From Cyanobacteria bacterium auto_48_18 (GTDB taxonomy: Bacteria; Cyanobacteriota; Vampirovibrionia; Obscuribacterales; Obscuribacteraceae): DNA of 64,000 nucleotides. Every line of letters starts with the position of its first letter. Position 1 is the first letter of the stretch. Positions 18,449 to 28,738 of this stretch are shown here, in pieces. The DNA lies in NCBI GenBank assembly GCA_036170915.1, contig JAVHQC010000022.1, positions 351,420 to 415,419 of the forward strand, read 5' to 3'. Under the pieces are notes generated by a model. The model worked only from the letters and a program-made list of their open reading frames with translations, was not told the origin of the DNA and did not search any database. Made by a program: the position numbers and the translations under genes.

Positions 18449-20302
18449 ATGCAAAAACCGCAGCTCTGGCCGTTTAAATTACCGTTTAAGCTTAAGAGAA
18501 ATGATCGTGGCAATATTTTGATTTTTTCAATTTGTTGTACTGCTTTTCTGGCTGCTGCAGTTTGTTATTTTGCCCTCAGCTATGTGCGCACCATCGGTCA
18601 ATATAATCAGCAAGTTTCGGCCATCGATGCTGCCGCACTCGCTGCCGCCACCGACATTGGCAAAATTGTCATTTCAGATTCCAACTGGGGTCTGGTGTCC
18701 ATGGCCGATTATCCGCCTACTCGCGTGGGCACCAAAGCTGGTGACAATTACTACCTGCCTGTCATCGGCATCAATACTCTTTTAGCCACAGTCAGACTTG
18801 ATAGTATCATTGCCGACAAATTTAACGACCCTACTTTTAAGGCCTGCGCTAATCGCGATTATATAAACGCCATGAGCGCAAAAGATAAGCTAAACGCAGT
18901 TCTAGACAATCTTTCCGGCGGCGGTACGGCTGTTGACGTAGACGGTAAGACGATTAATCCGCTGGGTGATGCCATTGCCGCTTACAACGCTAATCGCATC
19001 AATATGACCGGTTGCCCTAGCGCACTTGTACCAGGCAGCATGAAAATGACACTGGGTATTGTGCGAGGTAATCCTACACTTACTCCCATTCCCACACCTA
19101 ATAAATACGCTGAGCTGACTACGGACATGCAGCTTGGTGGGAACTACCGCTCTTTCATTAACGTGCCCTACAACTCTAAAAACTATGTTTTTACAGCCGT
19201 ATCCAACGCCACTCAGTTGGTAGACCACAAAAACTTTGAAGATGATGCCAGTGATTTGCCCTATACCATTAAGTCAGTGGTCAAAATGGAAGCCGATCAG
19301 CAGACAAATGAAAAGCAAGACGGCACCGGCAACAATAATTCTATTCATGCTGTAGCCTGCGCTATTCCGGCCAGCTCGGTAGACCGCAGACCCAAACCAG
19401 GCAGTCTTGCCGTTACCTTCTCCAGGGGCAGCCCTCCTGATATCGGCTCGCTTTTTGGCATGCTTACCAATCAGTTGTTTGCTAAAGCGCCCACTGACGT
19501 ATTGCGTAGCCCGCCCGACGGTGACTATCCGCAAACAGCTTTGACCCGCTTAAAGTTAGACATGGGCCCTTACAATCCGGCACCACCTATTGGTCAGTTG
19601 CTGCGCATCTGTATCTATGACTGGATTCGCAATGCTGGCCCAGGGCTCGATGTCGACTCGTTCTTAGCGGCGCTCAATGCCCCCATCGGCCAGGATGACG
19701 CTTGCCACATGCTGCGTTATGACATTAATGCTGCTGGGGTTATCACTCAAAACAAAGTCTATATGGATGCCTCGCCAACCATGCCCGTTTCGCAACGGCA
19801 GATTTATGCGGTTTCAGGTCTGGCATTTAATTCCACAAATACTTTGCGCTATGACATTTATGTTCGCGACTATTGCTACAAGCTGGGCCCTACTAATGGC
19901 GGCAAACACGCTGGCCAGCCTTGCCCTTACCCATACGGGCCAGCTGACCCTGCCACAGATATGGGTTGGCCTGATGGTGGTTTGCGCGAAAAACAAGGCA
20001 CCATGGGTACGTTTCCTGATGGCCCTGGTGGTGGTGCCAATCGACCAACCTATATCAATGGCGGCATAACCGGCGAAATAAAATTCCGGCCGCGCTGGCC
20101 TTCATACAGCAGCCTGACCGAAGTTAACGACGAGAGCATCTACACCAGCTACGGCTCTGACGGAGACGGCGATGGCGATGGTGACGGCGGAGACGGGGGA
20201 GATGGCGGCGACGGTGGTGGCGATGGAGACGGCGGCGACGGTGGAGATGGCGGTGACGGTGGTGATGGCGGAGACGGTGGTGATGGTGGCGACGGCAATT
20301 AA
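18449..20302 (+). CDS. TadG-like pilin-type protein with poly(Gly-Asp) tail
   Basis: RNDRG|NILIF hydrophobic helix, Q.SAIDAAALAAA motif, AVACA; 47-aa tail almost entirely Gly/Asp. Confidence 0.65.
   Translation: MQKPQLWPFKLPFKLKRNDRGNILIFSICCTAFLAAAVCYFALSYVRTIGQYNQQVSAIDAAALAAATDIGKIVISDSNWGLVSMADYPPTRVGTKAGDNYYLPVIGINTLLATVRLDSIIADKFNDPTFKACANRDYINAMSAKDKLNAVLDNLSGGGTAVDVDGKTINPLGDAIAAYNANRINMTGCPSALVPGSMKMTLGIVRGNPTLTPIPTPNKYAELTTDMQLGGNYRSFINVPYNSKNYVFTAVSNATQLVDHKNFEDDASDLPYTIKSVVKMEADQQTNEKQDGTGNNNSIHAVACAIPASSVDRRPKPGSLAVTFSRGSPPDIGSLFGMLTNQLFAKAPTDVLRSPPDGDYPQTALTRLKLDMGPYNPAPPIGQLLRICIYDWIRNAGPGLDVDSFLAALNAPIGQDDACHMLRYDINAAGVITQNKVYMDASPTMPVSQRQIYAVSGLAFNSTNTLRYDIYVRDYCYKLGPTNGGKHAGQPCPYPYGPADPATDMGWPDGGLREKQGTMGTFPDGPGGGANRPTYINGGITGEIKFRPRWPSYSSLTEVNDESIYTSYGSDGDGDGDGDGGDGGDGGDGGGDGDGGDGGDGGDGGDGGDGGDGGDGN
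20159..20299 (+). repeat. coding low-complexity (GGD/GD)n repeat
   Basis: Varied GGN/GAY codons encoding DGDGDGDGDGGDGGDGG... Confidence 0.95.
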
Positions 20303-20326
20303 TTTGCTTAGCCTGAGTCGCCTAAT

Positions 20327-21349
20327 TTAAGGTGTACCATCCCAGCTTGAGCCCGAAAACGCAATTGCCATATAACTGATTGATCGCTCACGCGATTGCC
20401 TGGTTTTAGTTCCCATTACGTCTTGCGAAGTGTTGTATTTGAGTAGTGTGCAGCGGCTGTTCGGCGGTAGCATATGCAGCAAAATACAGCAGGCATTGAA
20501 ACCACATATGGTGTCAGCTGTTTCTTCTTTGAACTGTCGAAACCCTTTTAGATCTAAATGTGCCAGGTAGCTGTAAGCGCGGCTGTCCAACTTCTCGATA
20601 TTTTCTTTGACGTCATCTTTAAATGGTTGGTAGTGATAATGCTTGCCCCAGTGAGTAAAATCTGAGCTGACAACGACCAGATCACCTTGCTGCAACTGTT
20701 TTTTGAGCAACTTAGCAATGCTATCTAACTCTGAGGGTGCAGACAAGTTACCAATCAGCACTGGCACAATTTTTACGGCACTTCCAAATGTATGCTGAAT
20801 AAAAGGCAACTGCATTTCAAGCGAGTGTTCAAATTTTTGAATCGATTCATCTTCGCGAAAAAGCGGCGACTGCAACAGCGTTTGTATCGCTGTGCTATCT
20901 AAGGGCAAATCGCCCAGCGGAGTTCTGAAAGTACGACTAACTGGCAGAACCGCCCCGTGAAAACGTACCTGATGGCAAGGGCCAAGCAAGAAAATGCGCC
21001 TTACTTTTTGTTGTTTCACAGCGGCATAGCTATGCCCTGCCACCTTGGCTGAGTAGCGATAGGCGGCGTGGGGCGCAATTATTGCCAGCACTGGTTGGTT
21101 GATATTTAAATCTTGTTGGTCGGCGCTGAGCCTGGCACCGCTTTCATGGTCGACAATTGGTTGAGCGGCAAAAGAGCAATGATCAAGGTCTTCGATCAAG
21201 CGATTTTTTTTGCCCACATACCAGTTGCCTGCATAAGTAGGAAGGCGCACCGCAGTCAGGCCCGATGCTTGCCAGGTAATTTTAAAAACTATATAGAGGA
21301 GAAAAAAAGCTCCAATAAATATAGAGAACCAAATTACTTTTGGGCGCAT
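20327..21349 (-). CDS. amrB: MEMO1-like AmmeMemoRadiSam protein B with N-terminal membrane anchor
   Basis: AGNWY, IAPHAAYRYS, LLGPCH, TPLG, EHSLEMQLPF, SSDFTHWG, TICG. Confidence 0.9.
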   Translation of the reverse strand: MRPKVIWFSIFIGAFFLLYIVFKITWQASGLTAVRLPTYAGNWYVGKKNRLIEDLDHCSFAAQPIVDHESGARLSADQQDLNINQPVLAIIAPHAAYRYSAKVAGHSYAAVKQQKVRRIFLLGPCHQVRFHGAVLPVSRTFRTPLGDLPLDSTAIQTLLQSPLFREDESIQKFEHSLEMQLPFIQHTFGSAVKIVPVLIGNLSAPSELDSIAKLLKKQLQQGDLVVVSSDFTHWGKHYHYQPFKDDVKENIEKLDSRAYSYLAHLDLKGFRQFKEETADTICGFNACCILLHMLPPNSRCTLLKYNTSQDVMGTKTRQSRERSISYMAIAFSGSSWDGTP

Positions 21350-21448
21350 GTTCGACCTTCGATTTGACTCGCCCTCAAACTATTTCAGTATAATCACACA
21401 GTGGCCATAATCAAGTAAAGCAGTGCAGCAAAGGCGATTTACAGACGG

Positions 21449-23050
21449 ATGTCAGCAGATAGCTCACCGCTTGAGACTACAACACTAACTAGCGCACCAG
21501 ACTACCGCCGGTCATTTTCTCTGTCGGCCTGGCTTTTTCTAAGGCTTATGGGCCTCTGCTATTTTTTTGCTTTTGTCTCGTCTTTTGCTCAGGTTAACGG
21601 ATTATTCGGCAGCGATGGTATCTTGCCTGCTCAGCTGACTTTGCGAGAGTTTCATGATAAAGGCGGCATTGATGCATGGCTGATCCATCCGACTTTACTG
21701 TGGCTTGACAGCAGCGATTGTATGCTTAATTTTCTCACCGCGAGTGGTGCACTGCTGTCTTTGTTCGTGCTGGTTGGAGTTTGTTCTGGACCAGCCCTGG
21801 CACTGCTCTTTATCTTTTACCTTTCGCTGGTGGCGGTAGGTAGAGTCTTCCTTCACTTCCAGTGGGATCACCTTTTGCTGGAAGCGGGATTTCTGGCAAT
21901 ATTTTTTGCACCATGGGTGGTGATTGATGCACCTTTTGGCAGAAAAGGGCAACCTTATTCAAAAGTGATTTTGTTTTTTCTCTACTGGTTGCTCTTCCGT
22001 TTAATGTTTTTATCAGGGCTGGTCAAAATCGGCAGCCATAGCATTACCTGGAAAGACATGTCGGCCATGAGCCATTATTATGAAACTCAGCTTTTGCCTA
22101 ATCCGCTAGCCTGGCTGGCTCACCAGGCGCCGGCCGCTATGCAAAATATGTCAACTGCTGGCACCTTTGTCATTGAATTGTTTGTGCCCTTCCTTATTTT
22201 TGCTCCGCGCAAATTAAGGCTGCTGGGCGCATTTGCTCTGATAACGCTGCAATTTTTTATTTATGTCACAGGCAATCACGGCTTTTTCAATATACTCAGT
22301 GCTGCGCTGTGTCTTTTATTGCTTGACGATCAGCTCTTCAAAAAAGTATTTCCTCAAGTGCTTGCCCAGAGGTTGCTTGTGGAGCCTGAGCCTGAACTTA
22401 GCGAGAATGGCGACGGTAAACAATTCTTCGCCGTGCGACTGTGGCGGCGCTTTTCGATGTTACCGTTTGACGGTAAAATGCGGAGGGCACTGCAAGCATG
22501 TCTGGCATTATTTCTTTTCATGCTCACCAGCACAAGGTTTTATGCCAAAGCTTTTGATACTGAGCAAATTGCTCAACCTTTCAAGGCCATTGAAAATGCT
22601 CTGCGATTTTATTACATCACTAGCCCATACGGTCTGTATGCCAATGTCTTACCATCTCGTACTGAGATAATTATTGAAGGTAGTAACGATTTGATTGAAT
22701 GGAAACCCTATAGCTTTAAGTACAAAATCGGCGACGTTAATCGTGCACCACCTGTGGTGGAACCATTTCAGCCTCGATTAGACTGGCGCATGCGCTTTGC
22801 CGTCCTGGCTCCTCTTTCTCAGAGCCCCTGGTTCTCAAATTTTGCCAGCAAAATTTTGGCAGGTTCTGACCATGTGCTGGCTTTGCTTGATAAAAATCCA
22901 TTCCCTGACGACCCACCTGCTTTTTTGCGTGCTGGTGTATACGAGTATGCGTTTACCAGTGTTGACGAGAAATGGCAAACAGGCAGGTGGTGGCGCCGCG
23001 AATATGCTAAACCGTTTATGATGCCTACTGAGACAGGCGGTCGCGACTAA
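21449..23050 (+). CDS. lipase maturation factor (LMF) family membrane protein
   Basis: FLHFQWDHLLLEAGFL, LFRLMFLSGLVK, YETQLLPNP, TGNHGFFN, EIIIEGS, QPRLDW. Confidence 0.92.
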   Translation: MSADSSPLETTTLTSAPDYRRSFSLSAWLFLRLMGLCYFFAFVSSFAQVNGLFGSDGILPAQLTLREFHDKGGIDAWLIHPTLLWLDSSDCMLNFLTASGALLSLFVLVGVCSGPALALLFIFYLSLVAVGRVFLHFQWDHLLLEAGFLAIFFAPWVVIDAPFGRKGQPYSKVILFFLYWLLFRLMFLSGLVKIGSHSITWKDMSAMSHYYETQLLPNPLAWLAHQAPAAMQNMSTAGTFVIELFVPFLIFAPRKLRLLGAFALITLQFFIYVTGNHGFFNILSAALCLLLLDDQLFKKVFPQVLAQRLLVEPEPELSENGDGKQFFAVRLWRRFSMLPFDGKMRRALQACLALFLFMLTSTRFYAKAFDTEQIAQPFKAIENALRFYYITSPYGLYANVLPSRTEIIIEGSNDLIEWKPYSFKYKIGDVNRAPPVVEPFQPRLDWRMRFAVLAPLSQSPWFSNFASKILAGSDHVLALLDKNPFPDDPPAFLRAGVYEYAFTSVDEKWQTGRWWRREYAKPFMMPTETGGRD

Positions 23051-24139
23051 ATGACCGAGGAGAACAAGGTGAACAATACTGACGACGGCGAAGCCGCTAA
23101 TAAAAAGAAAGGCGCGATTATCATTGCTGTGATTGTCGGCGGCGCTCTTTATGTTGGTGTAAGCCCCTTTATCGGTGCAATGCTGCCGCGCGAGCCAGTG
23201 GGCGGGCCCCAGGAACAGTCGCAAGTACAGGTACAGCATGTCAGTCAAGCTCCTCGGGCTGACCAGGTGCAGCAGATGCCGGTGACTCCGTTGAGCCAGA
23301 CGGCGGCGTCGACCCCTTCTACTGATAGTAGTCTCAAGCATTCTGATATCTTGGCTGCGCTGCGTTCCACCAGCACTAAAGAACCAATGTCTAAACGTTT
23401 TGCTGAGTCACTTACAAGTACCAGCTCCTCCAAAGGCATTCAAGTTCCTGACAATTTACTATCTTCTGCTTCAGTTAAGACACCAGTTACAGCACCAGTT
23501 ACAGCACCAGCTTCAGCACCTGTGATGGTGGCAAATGCTGATTATGAGCGCAGCCTGAAGAATATTACCAGTCTCTGTGGGGCCGGCAAGAATGAAGCAG
23601 GGCTTAAGGCCGCAGACGAATTTATAGCAACACTAAATCGAGACCCAGGCGCCTTACCGAAATACAAAATAGTTACTGTTGCCCTGGCTATGCAGATGGC
23701 CGCTGATACCCACCAGAAAGCCAGAGCTCAAACCTACGGTGAAATTGGTCTGATGGCAGCTCGGGACCACGACGATTATTTCATGGAAAGACTAGAGCCT
23801 TTGTATTATTCCATTCAGGGCGGCTCTACGGTTGATTTTGCCAAAGCTGAAAGTTTACTTGAACAGTGTCAGGCTGAGCTTGCAAGCGGCACCAGGCAAA
23901 AGTTGCCGCAGTTGGGTCGGGAGGTCTTGGCCGCCACTGAGACATTGCCTGATCGCAGCTTCTATCGCCTGCAAGCACGGGTAATGAACGCCTATGGAGA
24001 ATTCGTCCAGAGCGGTAATCCGGCCGCTGCAATTGAAGCCTTTGAGGCAATTAAGCGAACTGCCAGAGCTGCTGGCGATCATACTATTGCTAAAAAATGC
24101 GAAGTGGTTGTAGCCCTGATTAGAAAGCAGCAGAAATAG
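23051..24139 (+). CDS. membrane-anchored hypothetical protein (Ser/Thr/Pro linker plus helical TPR-like domain)
   Basis: Single N-terminal TM helix; starts immediately after the LMF stop; in-frame 12-bp repeat encoding PVTA. Confidence 0.75.
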   Translation: MTEENKVNNTDDGEAANKKKGAIIIAVIVGGALYVGVSPFIGAMLPREPVGGPQEQSQVQVQHVSQAPRADQVQQMPVTPLSQTAASTPSTDSSLKHSDILAALRSTSTKEPMSKRFAESLTSTSSSKGIQVPDNLLSSASVKTPVTAPVTAPASAPVMVANADYERSLKNITSLCGAGKNEAGLKAADEFIATLNRDPGALPKYKIVTVALAMQMAADTHQKARAQTYGEIGLMAARDHDDYFMERLEPLYYSIQGGSTVDFAKAESLLEQCQAELASGTRQKLPQLGREVLAATETLPDRSFYRLQARVMNAYGEFVQSGNPAAAIEAFEAIKRTARAAGDHTIAKKCEVVVALIRKQQK

Positions 24140-24140
24140 G

Positions 24141-25049
24141 TTACGTTTTAGTCGAATTTCGCACCACAAATATTCCTGACACTGCAATTAAGAGTGTGCC
24201 CACCAGTGTGGCCTGACCAGGAAATTTGGCAAAGAACAATACATCAAGTAACGCTGCCCAAACGAGCGCTGTGTAGCTCAGTGGTGCCACAGTTGTCGCT
24301 GGTGCCTGGTGATATGCCTCGGTCATGCAAAGCTGGCCGACACCACCGATGACACCAATGGCAAGCAGCAAAAGAGCGTCATGAAGATTAGGCACCACCA
24401 TGTGGAATGGCAACGAAATCAACCCGGCGAGAGAACAGGCAAGCATGAAATAAACAACAATAGTAACGCTCTTTTCCGTCGCACCCATTTTACGCAATTC
24501 AATTGAAACAAAGCCTGAGCTTGCTGCTGAAGCCAGAGCCATGAGCGCCCCGGGGATGCTGGAAGATAAATGGGGTTGCATCATATAGAGCACACCAAAG
24601 AAGCCAGCGCTGATGGCCGCCAGTTTGCCGGGCGTGACTTTTTCTCCCAATATGAAAATCGCTAGAACAGTTGTCACAAGAGGGGCGCAGTAGAAAATTG
24701 TGGTCGCTTCAGAAAGCGGCAGCAATTTGAGCGACTCAATGCACAGAAAAGCTGAACTGAGCCCCACCATTGAGCGCGTCAGGTGCATATAGGGGTGTTT
24801 GGTCTGAAAAACCTTAAGGCCGCCTTCTCTGGCGATCACCGGCAGGAGCGGTATCAGGGCAAAAAAGCTGCGGCAGAACAAAACTTCGCCTGCCGGATAG
24901 TCTTTACCCAGCAGTTTAATCATGGCAAACATAAGTGAAAAGCAGGCTGCCGACAGAAGGGCGTACTGCGCAGCTTTTCTGGTTGAGTTAATAGGCACTC
25001 TGCAATTATGGGTGGCCAGACAGGAAAGAGTTGATGATTTTGCTATCAT
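24141..25049 (-). CDS. DMT/EamA family transporter
   Basis: About 10 TM helices; LPLSEATTIFYCAPL, LGEKV, AYHQAPATTVAPLSY. Confidence 0.93.
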   Translation of the reverse strand: MIAKSSTLSCLATHNCRVPINSTRKAAQYALLSAACFSLMFAMIKLLGKDYPAGEVLFCRSFFALIPLLPVIAREGGLKVFQTKHPYMHLTRSMVGLSSAFLCIESLKLLPLSEATTIFYCAPLVTTVLAIFILGEKVTPGKLAAISAGFFGVLYMMQPHLSSSIPGALMALASAASSGFVSIELRKMGATEKSVTIVVYFMLACSLAGLISLPFHMVVPNLHDALLLLAIGVIGGVGQLCMTEAYHQAPATTVAPLSYTALVWAALLDVLFFAKFPGQATLVGTLLIAVSGIFVVRNSTKT

Positions 25050-25080
25050 TCAGGAAAGAGCCAATTGAGAGATTCCAAGT

Positions 25081-25404
25081 ATGCCCGAGCAGAGCGATGG
25101 CGATTTTGGCGGTGGAGCAGCCGTCGCCACCGAGACCAAAACCAAAACAAAGCGCCCGGCGCTATATAAAGTTTTGCTGCACAATGACGATTTCACCACC
25201 ATGGAATTTGTGGTTTTTATTTTGGAAAGCGTTTTTCACAAGAATACAGTTGATGCCCACACAATCATGATGGCTGTGCATAAAGCTGGCATTGGTGTGG
25301 CAGGCGTTTTTTCTTTTGAAATTGCCGAAGCCAAGGTAAACAAAGTAACTGAGCTGGCTCAAGCCAACGAGTTTCCGCTACGCTGTTCAATGGAAGAAGA
25401 ATAA
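25081..25404 (+). CDS. clpS: ATP-dependent Clp protease adaptor ClpS
   Basis: YKVLLHNDDFTTMEFVV, IMMAVH, EIAEAK, FPL. Confidence 0.98.
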   Translation: MPEQSDGDFGGGAAVATETKTKTKRPALYKVLLHNDDFTTMEFVVFILESVFHKNTVDAHTIMMAVHKAGIGVAGVFSFEIAEAKVNKVTELAQANEFPLRCSMEEE

Positions 25405-25420
25405 AGGCCAGATTATATAG

Positions 25421-27868
25421 ATGATTACGCGCGAATTGCAAAACACACTGAATGAAGCTTATAGCGAGGCCATGCGCCGTCGCCACGAATTTTTGACGCT
25501 GGAGCATTTGCTTTATGCCATGCTCAAAGAAAATACCGGCCGCGAGGTAATTGAAAACTGCGGCGGTGATCTCAAGTTTATCAAAACCGAGCTGGAAGCT
25601 TATTTTAAAGAAAAAATGGAGCAGCTGCCCAAGGGCAAAGACATTTTGCCTGAGCAAACAGCCACTTTTGAACGAGCCATCGAGCGTGCTCAAATTCAGG
25701 CTCACTCTGCAGGCCAACCCAGCATAGACAGTGGTCATCTGCTGGCTGCTATGTTCCATGAGAAAAGATCATTTGCAGTTTATTTGCTGGAACAATCAGG
25801 CATCTCTCGTCTGGATATTCTCAACTGGATCTCCCACGGAATTGCCAAAGGCAACACAAGTGACGAAAGCGATTTGCTCGAAGAAGTGGGAGCCGGCCCT
25901 GGTTCTGGACGTCCAGCCAAAACTAATCCGCTGGAAGATTTTTGTGTTGATCTAATTGCCCAGGCCCAAGAAAATAAAATTGATCCGCTAATTGGTCGTG
26001 AAGCGGAGGTGGAGCGCACCATCCAGGTACTCTGTCGCCGACGCAAGAATAACCCTATTTACGTCGGAGAGCCAGGTGTTGGTAAAACCGCTATCGCTGA
26101 AGGTTTAGCGCTTAAAATTCATCGCGGTGAAGTGCCCAAGCAGATTCAAGGTGCCGAAGTTTATGCTCTCGATATGGGTTCGCTTGTGGCCGGCACTAAA
26201 TTTCGCGGCGAGTTTGAAGAGCGTCTCAAAGGCGTGCTTAAGGCTTTAAAAGCAAAACCTGGCGTGATTTTATTTATTGATGAAATTCATACTATTGTGC
26301 GCGCGGGCTCTGTGGAAGGCGGTTCTATGGATGCCTCCAATTTGCTCAAACCTGCTTTAGCCAGCGGTGAACTGCGTTGTATCGGCTCTACCACTCATAG
26401 CGAGTATAAAGGGTCATTTGAAAAAGACAAAGCGCTGGCAAGACGTTTCCAAAAAATTGATATCACTGAGCCAAGCATTGCTGATACCATCAAAATTCTC
26501 AAAGGTCTGCAAGGTCATTATGAGGAGTTTCATGGTATCAAATACAGTGACGATGCCATTATCGCCGCTGCAGAATTGTCTGCCAAGCACATAAACGATC
26601 GCTTTTTACCTGATAAAGCGATTGATGTTATAGACGAGACTGGTGCGACGCTCAAACTTATTGATGAAGAAATTCGCCCCGATCGCACTGTGAGCAGCGA
26701 AGATGTTGAAACAACCGTTGCGCGCATGGCTAAGATTCCGCCTAAAACCGTCACTGGCTCTGACAAAGATCGCTTGCGTAACTTAGAAAGCGAGCTGAAG
26801 AAATTTATCTACGGACAAGACCATGCCATCGAGCAACTGGTCAATGCAATTAAAGTTTCGCGCTCAGGCCTTGGCTCTCCTACCAAACCAATCGGTTCGT
26901 TTCTCTTTTCTGGACCAACTGGTGTTGGTAAAACTGAACTTTCTAAACAACTAGCGAAAGTGCTGGGTGTAAATTTCTTACGCTTCGACATGAGCGAGTA
27001 TATGGAAAAGCACACTGTATCTCGTTTGATTGGTGCACCTCCTGGTTATGTTGGTTTTGATCAAGGTGGTATTCTCACTGATGCCATCAACAAGACACCA
27101 CACGCGGTGGTGGTGCTCGATGAAATTGAAAAAGCCCATCCTGATTTGTTCAATATTTTGTTGCAAGTCATGGATCATGCCACTCTTACAGACAACACCG
27201 GCAAAAAAGCGGACTTTAGAAATGTCATTTTGATCATGACCACCAATGCTGGTGCGCGCGACATGATGGCCGACAATATCGGCTTTAAGCGAGCCGCCAT
27301 GAAAGATGATGGTCCGCGCGAGATCAGTGGAGAAGAGAAAGAAAAATCAATCGCTCGCGGTGAGAGCAATAATTCAGGCTTCGGTATGGGCATGGGGCGC
27401 GGGGCAATTGAGCGCACTTTCTCACCAGAATTTCGTAACCGTCTTGATGCCTGGATAGCATTCAACCCGCTGACCTACAGAGATATTTTGCGCGTGGTGG
27501 ACAAATTCATCAACGAAGTAAAAGAGCAGTTAATAGAGAAGCGAGTGACTATGCAGCTAAGTGAAGCTGCACGCGTCTGGTTTGCCGAGAAAGGTTTCGA
27601 CAAACAGTATGGTGCTCGGCCCATGGCTCGTTTGATCAAACAGAAAATTCGTGAGCGATTGGCTGACGAGCTGATATTTGGTGTGCTTGAGCACGGCGGT
27701 AAAGTAGAGGTAGATGTGGCTGACGGTGAGTTTAAGATCGACTGCCAGCCCAAAGGCCCTGAAGACGAAGATGTAGACATCGAAGACTTTGAAGAAGCCG
27801 AGGAGATCAAAATGGGTGATCAAGGCCCAGAAGAGCAACCGGCCAAGAGCCCCGGGAAGGGAAGCTAG
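25421..27868 (+). CDS. clpA: ATP-dependent Clp protease ATP-binding subunit ClpA
   Basis: RHEFLTLEHLL, IDPLIGR, GEPGVGKT, GPTGVGKT, RFDMSEYME, GARP; follows clpS; short inter-AAA linker with no ClpB/C middle domain. Confidence 0.97.
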   Translation: MITRELQNTLNEAYSEAMRRRHEFLTLEHLLYAMLKENTGREVIENCGGDLKFIKTELEAYFKEKMEQLPKGKDILPEQTATFERAIERAQIQAHSAGQPSIDSGHLLAAMFHEKRSFAVYLLEQSGISRLDILNWISHGIAKGNTSDESDLLEEVGAGPGSGRPAKTNPLEDFCVDLIAQAQENKIDPLIGREAEVERTIQVLCRRRKNNPIYVGEPGVGKTAIAEGLALKIHRGEVPKQIQGAEVYALDMGSLVAGTKFRGEFEERLKGVLKALKAKPGVILFIDEIHTIVRAGSVEGGSMDASNLLKPALASGELRCIGSTTHSEYKGSFEKDKALARRFQKIDITEPSIADTIKILKGLQGHYEEFHGIKYSDDAIIAAAELSAKHINDRFLPDKAIDVIDETGATLKLIDEEIRPDRTVSSEDVETTVARMAKIPPKTVTGSDKDRLRNLESELKKFIYGQDHAIEQLVNAIKVSRSGLGSPTKPIGSFLFSGPTGVGKTELSKQLAKVLGVNFLRFDMSEYMEKHTVSRLIGAPPGYVGFDQGGILTDAINKTPHAVVVLDEIEKAHPDLFNILLQVMDHATLTDNTGKKADFRNVILIMTTNAGARDMMADNIGFKRAAMKDDGPREISGEEKEKSIARGESNNSGFGMGMGRGAIERTFSPEFRNRLDAWIAFNPLTYRDILRVVDKFINEVKEQLIEKRVTMQLSEAARVWFAEKGFDKQYGARPMARLIKQKIRERLADELIFGVLEHGGKVEVDVADGEFKIDCQPKGPEDEDVDIEDFEEAEEIKMGDQGPEEQPAKSPGKGS

Positions 27869-27871
27869 GGC

Positions 27872-28738
27872 GTGGATTTTCACGAGATTCTCAAGCATGT
27901 AGATGCAATTTTCCAGATGCAATTTTTGCCTCTGGGCAAAAGCAAAGTTTCGATCTACATGATTTTTTATATTGGTGTTTTGTTCACTATTCTATTAATG
28001 GTGACCAACAGTTTTAAGAACTGGATAGAACATACTTTGCAGGCGCACACTTCTACTGATGCTAACTTGCGTCAGGGAATTTCAAGCATTGCTCGCTATG
28101 TTGTCATATTTTTTGGTTCGCTCATTATTTTGCAAACAGCGGGCATCGACTTAAGCTCGTTTACCGTGCTTGCCGGTGCTCTTGGCTTAGGTGTCAGCTT
28201 TGGCCTCCAGGCTGTGACCACAAACCTGGTCAGCGGCTTGATTATCCTTTTTGAAAGACCGATTAAAATTGGCGATCGCATTGAAGTCGATGGTATAGCC
28301 GGTGATGTCATTCGCATTTCATTGCGCGCTACAACAATAGTGACTAACGACAACATCGCTATTATCGTGCCTAATTCTGACTTCATTAAAGGTAAGGTAA
28401 CCAACTGGAGTTATGCCAGCGATCGCATCAGGTTTAGTTTTCCTATTCCGGTTGCCCTCGAAGCTGATCCTGAACGCGCTGCCGCAGTGATTCTAGCGGC
28501 AGCCAATGGGCATCCTGGTGTTTTACATGAGCCTGCCGCAGATGTAATTTTTGTTGAATTTGGGCAAACAGCTCTTAACTTTTCCTTGCGAGTTTACACA
28601 GAAGAATTCTTGACCCGCCGCGATCAACTTAGATCAGAACTCAACTTTTCTGTGCACAAGGCCTTAAACGAACACGGCTTAGGCTTGGCCTATTCTCCAG
28701 TAATGCGTGCCGAAGTAGCGATGACGACATCTGTATGA
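27872..28738 (+). CDS. MscS family mechanosensitive channel
   Basis: GALGLGVSFGLQ..NLVSGLIILFERPIKIGD, IIVPNS. Confidence 0.95.
   Translation: MDFHEILKHVDAIFQMQFLPLGKSKVSIYMIFYIGVLFTILLMVTNSFKNWIEHTLQAHTSTDANLRQGISSIARYVVIFFGSLIILQTAGIDLSSFTVLAGALGLGVSFGLQAVTTNLVSGLIILFERPIKIGDRIEVDGIAGDVIRISLRATTIVTNDNIAIIVPNSDFIKGKVTNWSYASDRIRFSFPIPVALEADPERAAAVILAAANGHPGVLHEPAADVIFVEFGQTALNFSLRVYTEEFLTRRDQLRSELNFSVHKALNEHGLGLAYSPVMRAEVAMTTSV

Noticed and set aside
20159..20299. Repeat array as CRISPR or microsatellite
   Set aside because: In-frame coding repeat with varied codons; no spacers and no cas genes in the window
14983..20302. Genomic island integrated at tRNA-Glu
   Set aside because: No integrase and no duplicate of the tRNA 3' end seen in the window
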